From an uncultured Gemmatimonadaceae bacterium (GTDB lineage: Bacteria; Gemmatimonadota; Gemmatimonadetes; Gemmatimonadales; Gemmatimonadaceae): 64,000 nucleotides of DNA. The stretch covers positions 384,001 through 448,000 of the forward strand of contig OY970320.1 of assembly GCA_963716745.1 (NCBI GenBank). The letters run 5' to 3'. The notes beneath the pieces are model-generated. The model had not been told where the DNA came from. It saw only the letters and a list, made by a program, of their open reading frames with translations, and did no database searches. This document shows, in pieces, positions 44,214 through 57,363 of the stretch; within the stretch, counting starts at the first letter, position 1, and each line of letters starts with the position of its first letter. The translations under genes and the position numbers were made by a program.

Positions 44214-46527
44214 ATGGCGACAGTCCGTCCTCGTCCCGGCGATCCGGCGATCACGCCGGCCCTCGTGGCCGAGCACGGGCTCACGCCTGAGGAATACCAG
44301 CGGCTCGTGGCCATGCTCGGCCGCGAGCCGACGTTCACCGAACTCGGGATCGTGAGCGCGCTCTGGAGCGAGCACTGCTCGTACAAGCACTCGCGGCCCG
44401 TGCTCAAGACGCTGCCGACGAAGGCGCCGTGGGTGCTGCAGGGACCGGGCGAGAACGCCGGCGTCATCTCGATCGGCGACGGCCTCGCGGTCGCGTTCAA
44501 GATCGAGTCGCACAATCACCCGTCGGCGGTCGAGCCGTACCAGGGCGCCGCCACCGGCGTGGGCGGGATCCTGCGCGACGTGTTCACGATGGGCGCGCGC
44601 CCCATCGCCATGCTCGACTCCCTGCGATTCGGCTCGCTGGACTCGGCGCGCGTGCGCTACCTGTTCGCCGGCGTCGTGAAGGGCATCGGCGACTACGGCA
44701 ATTGCGTCGGGCATCCCCACCGTCGCGGGCGAGGTCATGTTCGATCCCGCGTACGAGGGGAATCCGCTCGTGAACGCGATGTGCGTCGGGCTGCTGCACG
44801 AGAGCGATCTCATTCGCGCGAAGGCGGAGGGCGTCGGGAACCCGGTGATCGCGGTCGGCGCGCGCACCGGGCGCGACGGCATCCACGGCGCGTCGTTCGC
44901 CTCCGAGGATCTCTCGGCGTCGAGCGACGCGAAGCGCCCGCGCGTGCAGGTGGGCGATCCGTTCACCGAGAAGCTGCTGCTCGAGGCGAGCCTGGAGCTG
45001 ATCAAGAGCGGACACATCGTGGCGATCCAGGACATGGGCGCCGCGGGACTCACGTCGAGCTCGGCCGAGATGGCGGCGCGCGGCGACGTGGGCGTCACGA
45101 TCGACGTGACGAGAGTGCCGGTGCGCGAGACCGGGATGACGCCGTACGAGATCCTGCTCAGCGAATCGCAGGAGCGCATGCTGGTCGTGGCGAAGCGCGG
45201 CCGCGAGCAGCACGTGCGCGAGATCCTCGCGAAATGGGACCTGGCCGCCGAGGTGATCGGCGAGGTGATCGCCGAGCCGGTGTACCGCGTGACCGAGGGC
45301 GATCGCGTGGTCGCGGAGTTCCCCGGCTCGCGCCTCGTCACGGATTGCCCGGTGTACACGCCCGAGGCGCGGGAGAGCGAGGCGATCATCGCGCTGCGCG
45401 CGCGAAAGGTGCACGAGATCCCCGAGCGCGCCGAGGAGAAGGATCCCGTGTGGACGCTCGAGCGGCTGCTCTCCTCGCCCACTATCGCGAGCAAGCAGTG
45501 GGTCTCCCGGCAGTACGACACGACGGTGCGCACGGCCACCGTGGTGCCGCCCGGCGGCGCCGACGCGGCGGTGATCCGCGTGCGCGGCACCACGAAGGCG
45601 CTCGCGCTCAAGACCGACTGCAACGGCCGCTACGTGCATCTCGACCCGCGCGTGGGCGGCCGGATCGCGGTGGCCGAGGCCGCGCGCAACGTCGCGTGCG
45701 CGGGCGGACGTCCGCGCGCGATCACGAACTGCCTCAACTTCGGCAATCCGACGCGGCCCGAGATCTTCTTCCAGTTCCGCGAAGCGGTTGGCGGCATGGC
45801 CGATGCGTGCCGCGTGCTCGACACGCCGGTCACCGGCGGCAACGTCTCGTTCTACAACGAGAGTCCGAGCGGCGCCGTGTTCCCCACGCCGGTGATCGGC
45901 ATGGTGGGCGTGGTGGAGAAGCTGGAGCACATCACGCGCTCCGCATTCAGCCACGACGGCGACGCGATCATCCTCTTCGGCGAGCCGACGAACGAGATCG
46001 GCGCGAGCGAATACCTATCGCGCGTGCACGGCGTGACCGCCGGCGCGCCGCCGGCGTGCGACCTCGCGCGCGAGCGTGCCGCGATCGATGCGCTGCTCGA
46101 GTCGATCGCGGCCGGCCTGGTGCACAACGCGCACGATTGCTCGGATGGCGGGCTCGCCGTGGCGCTCGCCGAATGCTGCGTGGGCGCCGAGGAGTCGCGG
46201 GCCGGCGCCGACATCGATCTCTCAGCGTGGAGCGCGCTGCCGTTGCGCGCGCTGCTGTTCGGCGAGGCGCAGGCGCGGATCATCGTGGGCAGCGCGGCCC
46301 CCGAGAAAGTGCTCGCGATCGCGGCCAAGCACGGCGTGCCCGCGAAGCGCATCGGCACCGTGCGCGCGTCGTCGCCGTCGCTCGCGATCACCGTGGGCGC
46401 GCGGCGCATCGACGCACCGCTCGCGCGACTCGCGCGGGCGTTCCACGACGCGATCCCGACCATTATGGGCGGTGCTGCGATAGCAGCGCCAGCGACTGAG
46501 ATGCACGCGCACGCGGTGGAGGTCTAA
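44214..46527 (+). CDS. purL: FGAM synthase subunit PurL (small type); frameshift near 44711
   Basis: [73 protein letters not shown]. Confidence 0.96.
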
Positions 46528-46529
46528 CG

Positions 46530-47913
46530 ATGTGCGGCGTATTCGGAGTCCGCGGCGCTCCCGACGCGAGCAGCCTCGTGCACCTGGGCCTCTACTCGCT
46601 GCAGCACCGCGGCCAGGAATCCGGCGGCATCGTGTCCGTCGGCGACGACGGACGCACCCACGCGCTGCGGCGCATGGGGCTCGTGTCCGAGGGCTTCAGC
46701 CCCGACAAGCTCGCGGAGCTCCCGGGTTCGCTCGCGATCGGCCACACGCGCTACAGCACGGCGGGTTCGAGTTCGCTCGAGAACGCGCAGCCAGTGCTCG
46801 CGCGATTCCGCGACGGCTACATCGCGCTCGCGCACAACGGGAACATCGTGAACGCGGCCGAGCTGCGACGCGAGCTCGAGGAATCCGGCTCCATCTTCTC
46901 CTCCACGATGGATTCGGAGGTGCTGGTGCACCGCATCGCGCGCTCGCGCCGCGAGAAGCCGGAGGAGCGGCTGGCCGATGCGCTCGACGGCGTCGTGGGC
47001 GCCTACTCGCTCGTCATCGCGATGGGCGACGCGCTCATCGCCGCGCGCGATCCGCGCGGCTGGCGCCCGCTCGCGATCGGCAAGCTCAACGACGAAACGG
47101 TGTTCGCCTCGGAGACCTGCGCGCTCGACATCGTCGGCGCCACGCATGTGCGCGATGTGGAGCCGGGAGAGATCGTGGTCGTGGACGCCGCCGGCACGCG
47201 CTCGCTGCGTTTCGCCGAGCGCATCGGCGAGAAGAAGTGCGTGTTCGAGTACGTGTACTTCGCGCGCCCCGACAGCCGGATCTTCGGCGGCGGCTCGGTG
47301 GACCGCGCGCGCCGCGCGCTCGGGCACCAGCTCGGCAAGGAATGCCCCGCCCCGGGCGCCGATCTCGTGTTCGGCGTGCCCGACTCCGCCAACGCCGCCG
47401 CGCTCGGCTATGCGGAGGAGACCGGCATTGCCGCTCGAGCTGGCGCTCATCCGCAATCACTACGTGGGCCGCACCTTCATCCAGCCGACGCAAGCCGGAC
47501 GCGACAGCAAGGTGAAGATCAAGTACAACCCGGTGCGCGAAGTGCTCGAAGGGAAGAGCGTCGTGATGGTGGACGACTCGATCGTGCGCGGCACCACGAC
47601 GCGCGGACTCGTGGCGCTGGTGCGACAGGCCGGCGCGCGCGAGGTGCACATGCGCATCGCGTCGCCGCCCGTCACCGGGCCCTGCTACTACGGCATCGAC
47701 ACGCCGTCGCGCGAGGAACTGATCGCCGCGAACAATTCGCAGGCGCAGATCGCGAAGCACCTCGGCGTCGATTCGCTCGGGTACCTCTCGCTCGACGGCA
47801 TGCTCAGCGCGGCGCCCGGCGGCCCCGAGGGATTCTGCCACGCGTGCTTCTCGGGCGACTACCCGACGCCGCCGCCCTCCGACACCGACAAGCTGCGTCT
47901 CGGCTGCAACTGA
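46530..47913 (+). CDS. purF: amidophosphoribosyltransferase; frameshift near 47428
   Basis: MCGVFG (N-terminal Cys), LQHRGQE, GHTRYST, AHNGN, CVFEYVYFARPDS, VDDSIVRGTT, CYYGIDTP, CHACF. Confidence 0.96.
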
Positions 47914-47923
47914 CGCGCCGCGC

Positions 47924-50581
<2,658 letters not shown>

Positions 50582-50585
<4 letters not shown>

Positions 50586-51085
50586 GGCATGTCCCGTAGC
50601 TTCACGGTCGCCGCGATCGCCATGAGCGTGCGGTCGGCGTCACCTTCGTAGGCCGAGAAGAGCACCGCCCCGCTCTGCGCATCCAACGGGATGTGCACGG
50701 CGATCAATCGCTCGGGCGCGCGGCGACCCACGAGACCACTCCCGATCGCACGTTCCACGAAAAGCTGCCGGCCGTCGACGATGAGCGTGTCCGTCCTCCG
50801 CTCTTGTACGGTCAGCAATCCCTCGCGCGTGGCGCGGGTGACAAGCCACGGTAAGTACAGTTGCTTCGCCGGCACACGCTGCAGATACGCCGAGTGGCTG
50901 CTGTCGGCGAATTGCGGACCATCCCCTTCCGGCGGAAGCGTCCAGTAGCTCGACGGGAGCCAGACGACGAGAGAATCCGAGACGATGTGCGCCTTCCATC
51001 CCCAGGGAATCTCGGGGCGGCAGCTCGCGAGCATCGCAATCGCCAGGCAACACGCACTCACCACCGCGGTGTCAGCCCGTCGCAT
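50582..51085 (-). CDS. hypothetical lipoprotein
   Basis: Basic N-terminus, hydrophobic stretch and lipobox LASC; start overlaps the upstream DUF72 stop. Confidence 0.6.
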
Positions 51086-52076
51086 ACGCCCTCCTCACTA
51101 ACGCCGCGATTTCGGCGGCGTTCGTGGTGCCGTAGTTGCCGTAGCAATTGTTCATGAGTACGTGCACGTGTTCTGCCTTCTCCGCCACCGCGAGAATGCG
51201 CGGCGCCCACTCAGCGAGTTCCTGCTCGCTGTACAGGTAGCGGAACCGCTCGACCACCGGGATCCCCTGTTGTTCCCACGCCTCGGCGCGGCGCCCGTGC
51301 ATGCGGATCACCGCGAGGCGTTTGGCGGTCACACCCACGATAGGCGGCACGCTCGACTTGAGACCCTGCGGTTCATCCACCATCACGAAGCTGAGGCCGT
51401 TATCCTCGAGCAGGCGCAACGTCGAGGCCGCCGCCGTGCCCTCGAACCAGCTCGCGTTCCGGAATTCCACCGCGCATGGGAGACCCTCAAGGCGCTCGCC
51501 GGCCTCGGCCAGTTCCGCACGCGCGCGTTCGCTCGGCGTGAACCAGCGCGGGTATTGGAGCATGATCGCGCCGAGCTTTCCGGCGGCGTGGAGTGGCTCC
51601 ACCGCCTCGCGAAAGCGCTGCCAGACTTCCTGGCGCAGTTCGGGCTCGAGGTCCTTCGCGTAGATGCGCGCCTTCTCGCCGACGGCCTTGGGCAGCGCCT
51701 TCTTGAGGTCAGCGGGCAGCCTCTTCACCTCGCTCGGCTGCCCCGTCATGAGCGCATGCGCCTTGATGTCGAACGCGAAGTGAGCGGGCGTGCGCTCGAC
51801 CCACATCTCCGAATTGCGGCGCGAGGGCAGCGCGTAGTAGCTGGAGTCCACCTCCACGACGGGGAACTGGGAGGAGTAGTACCTCAGCCGCGCCTCGGGG
51901 GTGCTCGCCTCGGGGGGATAAAACACTCCCTCCACGAGGAGAGTCGGATCAGTCCAGGAGCACGTGCCGAACCGGACAGTTGATCTACCGATCGTCAGCG
52001 GTCCATCGGCGGCGCCAGCCCTGGTCCCGCGTTCGCCCGCGACTGCGGTACCCGGATCGTGCTGATACTGGGACAT
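51072..52076 (-). CDS. DUF72 (YecE-like) domain protein
   Basis: FGTCSW, YYSSQFPVVEVDSSYY, FDIKAH, LQYPRWF, AVEFRNASW, VDEP, RMHGR, YLYS, MNN. Confidence 0.9.
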   Translation of the reverse strand: MSQYQHDPGTAVAGERGTRAGAADGPLTIGRSTVRFGTCSWTDPTLLVEGVFYPPEASTPEARLRYYSSQFPVVEVDSSYYALPSRRNSEMWVERTPAHFAFDIKAHALMTGQPSEVKRLPADLKKALPKAVGEKARIYAKDLEPELRQEVWQRFREAVEPLHAAGKLGAIMLQYPRWFTPSERARAELAEAGERLEGLPCAVEFRNASWFEGTAAASTLRLLEDNGLSFVMVDEPQGLKSSVPPIVGVTAKRLAVIRMHGRRAEAWEQQGIPVVERFRYLYSEQELAEWAPRILAVAEKAEHVHVLMNNCYGNYGTTNAAEIAALVRRAYATG

Positions 52077-52081
52077 GGCGG

Positions 52082-52110
52082 ACGGTATCCGGGGGCGATG
52101 CTCCATGCAA
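52082..52110 (-). promoter_or_regulatory. sigma70-like promoter of the DUF72 gene (leaderless geometry)
   Basis: TTGCAT (52105-52110)-N17-TACCGT (52082-52087), 5 nt before ATG 52076. Confidence 0.55.
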
Positions 52111-52150
52111 GCTCACCTTCACAGCGCACAACAAGCATCACGGCCAAATA

Positions 52151-52255
52151 TTTGAACGAATCGAACGGATGGAACGGATGGGACGGAGACCGCGTCGATG
52201 AGATCCATCAATGCGGTCTCCGTCCCATCCGTTCCATCCGTCGCATCCGTTTGAA
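52151..52255. repeat. fold-back element: 50-bp inverted arms built from 9-bp tandem units
   Basis: Arms 52151-52200 and 52206-52255 are 42/50 complementary with a 29-bp perfect core; units GAACGAATC/GAACGGATG/GAACGGATG/GGACGGAGA. Confidence 0.9.
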
Positions 52256-52282
52256 ACGTGAACCGTGATGCCGGCGATTGCA

Positions 52283-52318
52283 CGATGGGCCGGCCATCCA
52301 AGGATAGCCGGCCCATCG
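52283..52318 (-). terminator. GC-rich hairpin just 3' of ssrA (terminator or processing stem; no U-tract)
   Basis: CGATGGGCCGGCCATCC-AA-GGATAGCCGGCCCATCG, 16/17 paired. Confidence 0.55.
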
Positions 52319-52330
52319 AGTCCTGCTTCA

Positions 52331-52683
52331 TGGAGGCGCGGGGAATCGAACCCCGGTCCGAGACAAGATCCGCCACAGCTTCTACGTGCGTAGCTCACCA
52401 GTTAAGGTCTCCAGCCGCTGGCCGATGAGCCGCCGACGTCTGGACAAGTCTTCTAAATTTTCGCCGGTCGGCGGAAGACGCACCGCCCGGCTATCCCGAA
52501 TTTTCGATACCCATAAAGCCGCCTCAGGAGGGCTTCCCTATGGGCAGGTGCGGTAACCGAAGTTACGCAGCCAGGGCCAAGTTAGAGTTGGCAGTTGTAG
52601 CGTTTCCCGAGGGTTTTACCAGGACCCGAGAACCTGGGCACGCAACCACAGCCTCACCTACCCCGTCGAAGCCAGTCGCCCCC
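52331..52683 (-). ncRNA. ssrA: transfer-messenger RNA (tmRNA); tag peptide ANSNLALAA
   Basis: 5' GGGGGCGACUGGCUUCGAC pairs with 3' ...GGGUUCGAUUCCCCGCGCCUCCA (G3:U Ala determinant, T-loop); tag ORF GCC AAC TCT AAC TTG GCC CTG GCT GCG TAA at 52592-52563; CCA not encoded. Confidence 0.95.
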
Positions 52684-52706
52684 ATTGTGGAAAAGTGAGT
52701 GTAAGA

Positions 52707-52735
52707 ACGATACGCGATCCGAGCATCAAAGTCAA
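52707..52735 (-). promoter_or_regulatory. sigma70-like promoter of ssrA
   Basis: TTGACT (52730-52735)-N17-TATCGT (52707-52712), with an AT-rich upstream segment. Confidence 0.7.
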
Positions 52736-52778
52736 CGTCATGTGAATTAGTACGCGACTTTAACTGACAGTTGTAACT

Positions 52779-54767
52779 CTATGCAGGATTGCTCTTTGAC
52801 GCTGCCACAATCACACGGTCTCGGCCATCGGCCTTCGCCTTGTACAGCGCCTCGTCCGCGGCCTTGAACAGTTTCTCCTGCCCCGTCACCGACTCGGGAT
52901 GGCTCGCCACGCCGAACGACGCCGTCACCTTGATCACCTGGCCGTCGGGCGTGGTCACGCTCGAGCCCTTGATCGCCAGCCGCAGGCGCTCCGCTACATC
53001 CTGCGCGCCCTTCTGTGGCGTGTCGGGCAGCACGATGGCCATCTCCTCGCCGCCGATCCGGGCACAGAGGTCATCGGCGCCGCGGACGCCCTTCATGAGC
53101 ACCTTGGCGACCTCCTTGAGTACGAGGTCGCCCCCGTCGTGTCCGAATTTGTCGTTGATCCCCTTGAACTTGTCGACGTCGAGCAGGATCAATGACGTCC
53201 GCTGTCCCATGCGGTCCGGGGCCGTCAGCAGCTTGGCCATGTACTCATCGAACGCATGCCGGTTGGAGAGCCCGGTGAGTGCGTCGCGGGTGGCCTGGCC
53301 CGTGCGCAGCTCCAACTCCTTCACGCTGTTCACCGCGACGTAGGCGAACTTCGCGAGCAGCTGGAGCATGCTGACTTCGACATGGGAGATCTCACCCTCC
53401 TTCTCCCCTTCGACGACGATGGCACCCACAACGTCCTCTTCCTTGGCGACCGCCACGACCGCCGCCGAGCCCGGCCGCGGCTCCGGTTCGCCCGCGACGA
53501 GCAGCGGCTGCCCCGCGCTGGAGAACACCTCGCGCAGCATCACTCCCTTGGAGGCCTCGCATGCCATGCCGGTGAGCGAATCGCGGCTGGCCGCGTCGGC
53601 GAACGGCCGCTCCTTGGAATTCGGCGGCAGCACCGCCAGCACGACACCCTCCTTGTTCGTGCTGTCCCACTGCACGTAAGCCACACGGCTTCCGCCGGAG
53701 ACCTCTCTCGCGGCGCGGCAGATCTCGCCGGCGAGGTCCTCCATCTTCTGCGGTTTCTGGATGCGTTCGACGGCATCGAGAACGCGATCCGCCTTACCGC
53801 GGTAGCGGCGCGTCTCCTTCCCGTCGTGCAGCAGCAGGAGCAGCTTGGCGAGCTGGTCGGCGTAGAGTGGCAGCAGTTGCTTCGCGCGATCGCGCTGGAA
53901 CATCTGCCGGTCCTCGGCATACACGCCGAGCGCCCCATGAAGCCGCCCTTCGGCGCCGGCCGGGATCGCGAGGAAGTAGTTGAGCTCGTTGTCGTAGTTG
54001 GTCGCCTGGCTGCCGAGGGCGGCGGATAGGACGAGGGTCTCGTTCGGCGGCTTGGTCTCGAGATGGAGCGAGAGCGGCGACTGGACGGCCACCGCATACG
54101 GCCGCACCTGGTCGGTCTCCTCCACGTGCTCCCAGAGCGCGACCTCGTCGGCGGCGAGCGCATCGCGCATGTCACGCAGGAAGCGGCGCACGACGTCGCG
54201 CTCGATGTCGGTGGTGATGGGATCGGTGGTCTCGCCGCCGGCGGGGAGACCGGACGGCGCGCTGGGCCGCGGCGGGGCCGGCGGCGGGATCAGCGGTTCC
54301 ACCGGGAGCCGGAGCTTCGCCAGCTCGGGATTGCTCTTGTAGTTCTTGTGCTCTCCCGTCACGGCGCGCTGCTGGCGCACCGGCGTCTCGCGCGCGCGCA
54401 TCTGCTGCGAGATGCTGGGCGGGCGCTCGCCCGTCTCGGCCGCTCGCGCGGAATCCCGGCGCGCGACCATGCCGGTGGCCATCGCGACCAGCATGAGCGA
54501 GACGATATAGACGAGCAGGTGCAGCGGCATTGGGTGCGGGATCAGCGGATCCGTCATGATCAGCGCCGCGCTCAGTCCGCCGACGAGGATACCGCCGAGG
54601 AGAGGGCCCACCCGCCACGTGAAAGCGGCCGCGAGAATGGCGGCCGCCGTAGCGTAGTACGAACCGACCGCGGTGGCTGCCGCGACCGCCATCGTCGCGG
54701 TGACGAGGAAGGCGATCGAGATGCGCGGAGCAGCGGGGCGTTCGAAGAGCGTGGGGTCGATTCCCAC
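52779..54767 (-). CDS. membrane-bound diguanylate cyclase (TM, two GAF-like domains, GGDEF)
   Basis: N-terminal TMs; [53 protein letters not shown]. Confidence 0.9.
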   Translation of the reverse strand: MGIDPTLFERPAAPRISIAFLVTATMAVAAATAVGSYYATAAAILAAAFTWRVGPLLGGILVGGLSAALIMTDPLIPHPMPLHLLVYIVSLMLVAMATGMVARRDSARAAETGERPPSISQQMRARETPVRQQRAVTGEHKNYKSNPELAKLRLPVEPLIPPPAPPRPSAPSGLPAGGETTDPITTDIERDVVRRFLRDMRDALAADEVALWEHVEETDQVRPYAVAVQSPLSLHLETKPPNETLVLSAALGSQATNYDNELNYFLAIPAGAEGRLHGALGVYAEDRQMFQRDRAKQLLPLYADQLAKLLLLLHDGKETRRYRGKADRVLDAVERIQKPQKMEDLAGEICRAAREVSGGSRVAYVQWDSTNKEGVVLAVLPPNSKERPFADAASRDSLTGMACEASKGVMLREVFSSAGQPLLVAGEPEPRPGSAAVVAVAKEEDVVGAIVVEGEKEGEISHVEVSMLQLLAKFAYVAVNSVKELELRTGQATRDALTGLSNRHAFDEYMAKLLTAPDRMGQRTSLILLDVDKFKGINDKFGHDGGDLVLKEVAKVLMKGVRGADDLCARIGGEEMAIVLPDTPQKGAQDVAERLRLAIKGSSVTTPDGQVIKVTASFGVASHPESVTGQEKLFKAADEALYKAKADGRDRVIVAASKSNPA

Positions 54768-54776
54768 GGGACGGGG

Positions 54777-55523
54777 TCAGGCGTGGTTGATGCGCGATGC
54801 GGCGCAGGCCGCGCCGAATCCGTTGTCAATGTTGACGACAGTGACTCCGGAGGCGCAACTGTTCAGCATGCCGAGGAGCGCCGCGATCCCGCCGAAGCTC
54901 GCGCCATAGCCGACGCTCGTAGGAACGGCGATCACGGGGGCAGCGACGAGCCCGCCCACGACCGACGCCAGCGCCCCCTCCATGCCCGCCACCACGATCA
55001 CGACCGAGGCCTGCGCGAGGGCGTCGCCCTGCGCGAGCACGCGATGGATACCGGCTACGCCCACGTCGGTGAGGCGCGCGACGGTGTTGCCGAGCGCACA
55101 GGCGGTGACCGCGGCCTCCTCGGCGACCGGGATGTCGCTCGTGCCGGCCGTGATGATGAGCACCGTGCCCCGCCCCGCCGGCGGCGGAGAGTTCGGCGCA
55201 AGGAAGGCGGTGCGCGCGACGTCATTCAATTGCGCGCTCGGAAATCGCTCGGCGATCGCGGGCCGCATCGTCTCGGGAACGCGCGTCGCGAGGAAACCAT
55301 CGCCGTGGTGCGCGATGCGCGCCGCGATCTCCACGACCTGCTCGGCCGTCTTCCCTTCCGCGAAGATCACTTCGGGATAGCCGTTCCTGAGCGCGCGATG
55401 ATGATCGATCGTCGCGAAGGGGAGCGACTCGAGATCGGGCGCGGAGAGATGCTTGAGAGCCGCTTCTGCCGGAACCGTTCCGGCCGCCACCTCGCGCAGC
55501 AGCGCGAGCACCCGCTCGCGCAT
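54777..55523 (-). CDS. larB: nickel pincer cofactor biosynthesis protein LarB (PurE-like)
   Basis: [74 protein letters not shown]. Confidence 0.92.
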   Translation of the reverse strand: MRERVLALLREVAAGTVPAEAALKHLSAPDLESLPFATIDHHRALRNGYPEVIFAEGKTAEQVVEIAARIAHHGDGFLATRVPETMRPAIAERFPSAQLNDVARTAFLAPNSPPPAGRGTVLIITAGTSDIPVAEEAAVTACALGNTVARLTDVGVAGIHRVLAQGDALAQASVVIVVAGMEGALASVVGGLVAAPVIAVPTSVGYGASFGGIAALLGMLNSCASGVTVVNIDNGFGAACAASRINHA

Positions 55524-56533
55524 CACGCGACGGCCGGCTCCGCCTCGCGCTGGTCGCGCTGAGGGATGCGCAGATAGTCGTCGAAGATCCCTTCGACCTC
55601 GGCGAGCGATGTGACCGCGTGCAGCCGCTTGCGCAAGTCGGCGGAACCGGGGAGGCCCTTCACGTACCAGCCGAGGTGCTTCCGGAATTCGATGGCGGCG
55701 CCGCGGGGGTCGGCCTCGTACTCGTCGGCCATGTGCGCGTGCTCGATGGCGACCGCGAAGCGCTCGGCGACCGGCGGCGCGTCGGGCATCGGCTGGCCGC
55801 TGAGCAGCGCGCGCGTCTGCGTGAAGATCCACGGCTGCCCGAAGGAGCCGCGCGCGATCATGACGCCGGCGCAGCCCGTCTCGCGGTGCATGCGCGCGGC
55901 GTCTTGGGCCGTATGGATGTCGCCATTGCCGAGCACGGGGATGTCGAGCGCCTGCACCACGGCGGCGATCTCATCCCAGCGCGCGTTGCCGGTGTACATC
56001 TGCGCGCGCGTGCGAGGGTGCAGCGCGAGCACGCTGGCGCCCGCGTCCTGGCAGCGGAGCGCGATCTCGACGGGATTGCGCATCTCCTCGCTCCAGCCGC
56101 TGCGGATCTTCACCGTGACTGGAAGGTGCGTGGAAGCGCGCACCGCCTTGATCACGCCGGTGACGAGCCCCATGTCCTTGAGGCAGCCCGAGCCGCCGTT
56201 GCGCTTCACGACCTTCTTGACCGGGCAGCCGAAGTTGATGTCGATGAACTCGGGCGCGAAGACGTCCGTGACGAGCGCCGCGGCCTCGCCCATGGCGGCG
56301 GGATCGGCGCCGAAGATCTGGACGCCGATGGGGCGCTCGTCGTTCCCGAAGCGGAGCTTGGAGATCGTAGCCTCGTTCTCGCGGCGGATGCCCTCGGCCG
56401 AGAGGAATTCCGTGACCACCACGTCCGCGCCCCAGCGGCGGCAGAGGCGCCGGAAGGGCGACTCGGAGACGCCGGCCATGGGCGCGAGGTAGAGGGGCAC
56501 CTCGTGGGCGGTCGGGAACGGGAAACGGAGCAT
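55523..56533 (-). CDS. dusB: tRNA dihydrouridine synthase DusB
   Basis: LAPMAGVS, VQIFG, DINFGCPV, TVKIRSGW, HPRTR, GNGDI, GVMIARG, RKHLGWY. Confidence 0.93.
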   Translation of the reverse strand: MLRFPFPTAHEVPLYLAPMAGVSESPFRRLCRRWGADVVVTEFLSAEGIRRENEATISKLRFGNDERPIGVQIFGADPAAMGEAAALVTDVFAPEFIDINFGCPVKKVVKRNGGSGCLKDMGLVTGVIKAVRASTHLPVTVKIRSGWSEEMRNPVEIALRCQDAGASVLALHPRTRAQMYTGNARWDEIAAVVQALDIPVLGNGDIHTAQDAARMHRETGCAGVMIARGSFGQPWIFTQTRALLSGQPMPDAPPVAERFAVAIEHAHMADEYEADPRGAAIEFRKHLGWYVKGLPGSADLRKRLHAVTSLAEVEGIFDDYLRIPQRDQREAEPAVA

Positions 56534-56538
56534 GGTGA

Positions 56539-56605
56539 AGGCTAACGACGCAGGCAAGTCGGTGCAACGCGGTACTTTGACTAACGCGGGGGGTGCGCGT
56601 AGGTT
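56539..56605. promoter_or_regulatory. divergent sigma70-like promoters for dusB (-) and the EIIA gene (+)
   Basis: Minus strand TTGCAC (56562-56567)-N17-TAGCCT (56539-56544), 5 nt before the dusB ATG; plus strand TTGACT (56577-56582)-N17-TAGGTT (56600-56605). Confidence 0.6.
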
Positions 56606-56658
56606 AAGCCGTCCGAGCGCGCCTTGCCCCGCTGCCGAGCCCCGAGGAACCCCGACGT

Positions 56659-57111
56659 ATGGAACTGCGCCAATTCTTCGCCGACGATGCGATCAAGCTG
56701 GATCTCGAGGGGACGACGAAGGACGAGATCCTCAAGGAGCTGATCGGACTGCTCAAGCTCGACGATAAGTCGGACGGGATGCTGTTCAAGATGCTGAAGC
56801 GGCGGGAGAATCTCGGATCGACCGGGATAGGGCGCGGGATCGCGATCCCGCACTGCCGTTCGTTGGTGGTGAACAAGCTGCGCGTGGCATTCGGGCGGAA
56901 GGCGGCAGGAGTGGATTTCAAGGCCATCGATGAGAAGCCGGTGCAGTTCTTCTTCCTCATCGTGGCGCCGCCGTTGGAAGTGTCGAACCAATATCTGCCG
57001 GTGCTCGGCAAGATCGCGCAGTTCTCCAAAGAGGCGGATGTGCCGACGCGGCTGCTGGGGCTCACGGAGCCGAAGCAGTTCATCGCGCTGCTTGAAGAGA
57101 AAGGTGTCTAA
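56659..57111 (+). CDS. PTS EIIA domain protein (PtsN-like)
   Basis: RRENLGSTGIGRGIAIPHCR, DFKAIDEKPV. Confidence 0.9.
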   Translation: MELRQFFADDAIKLDLEGTTKDEILKELIGLLKLDDKSDGMLFKMLKRRENLGSTGIGRGIAIPHCRSLVVNKLRVAFGRKAAGVDFKAIDEKPVQFFFLIVAPPLEVSNQYLPVLGKIAQFSKEADVPTRLLGLTEPKQFIALLEEKGV

Positions 57112-57362
57112 CCGCTGACGGCGTGGTGGAACCGCAAACGGCGCGTTAGAACCGCTGACGGCGTGTTAGCACCGCAGACGGCGCGTTGGGGATTGGCGTA
57201 TGGAAAGGACAAAGGCGCGTGTGGCGAATGGGGTGACCCATTCGCTACACGCGCCGTTGCACGTTCCATACGCCAATCCCCAACGCGCCGTCTGCGGTAC
57301 TAACACGCCGTTCGCGGTACCACAGCCGCCGTCAGCGGTTCCAGTCCCGCCGTTAGCGGTTC
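57109..57362. repeat. about 250-bp fold-back (REPIN/MITE-like) element with tandem 20-bp units in each arm
   Basis: Left arm 57109-57232, GTGA loop 57233-57236, right arm 57237-57362; 35-bp perfect match at 57171-57205; four ACCGC(t/a)(g/a)ACGGCG units at a 20-bp period. Confidence 0.9.
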
Positions 57363-57363
57363 G

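Noticed and set aside
52331..52362. tRNA gene suggested by the GGTTCGATTCCC T-arm
   Set aside because: It is the 3' tRNA-like domain of tmRNA; the matching 5' acceptor strand is 350 nt away with a tag ORF in between
57109..57190. 20-bp periodic repeats as a CRISPR array
   Set aside because: The units are contiguous with no unique spacers, are mirrored as an inverted arm, and no cas genes are present
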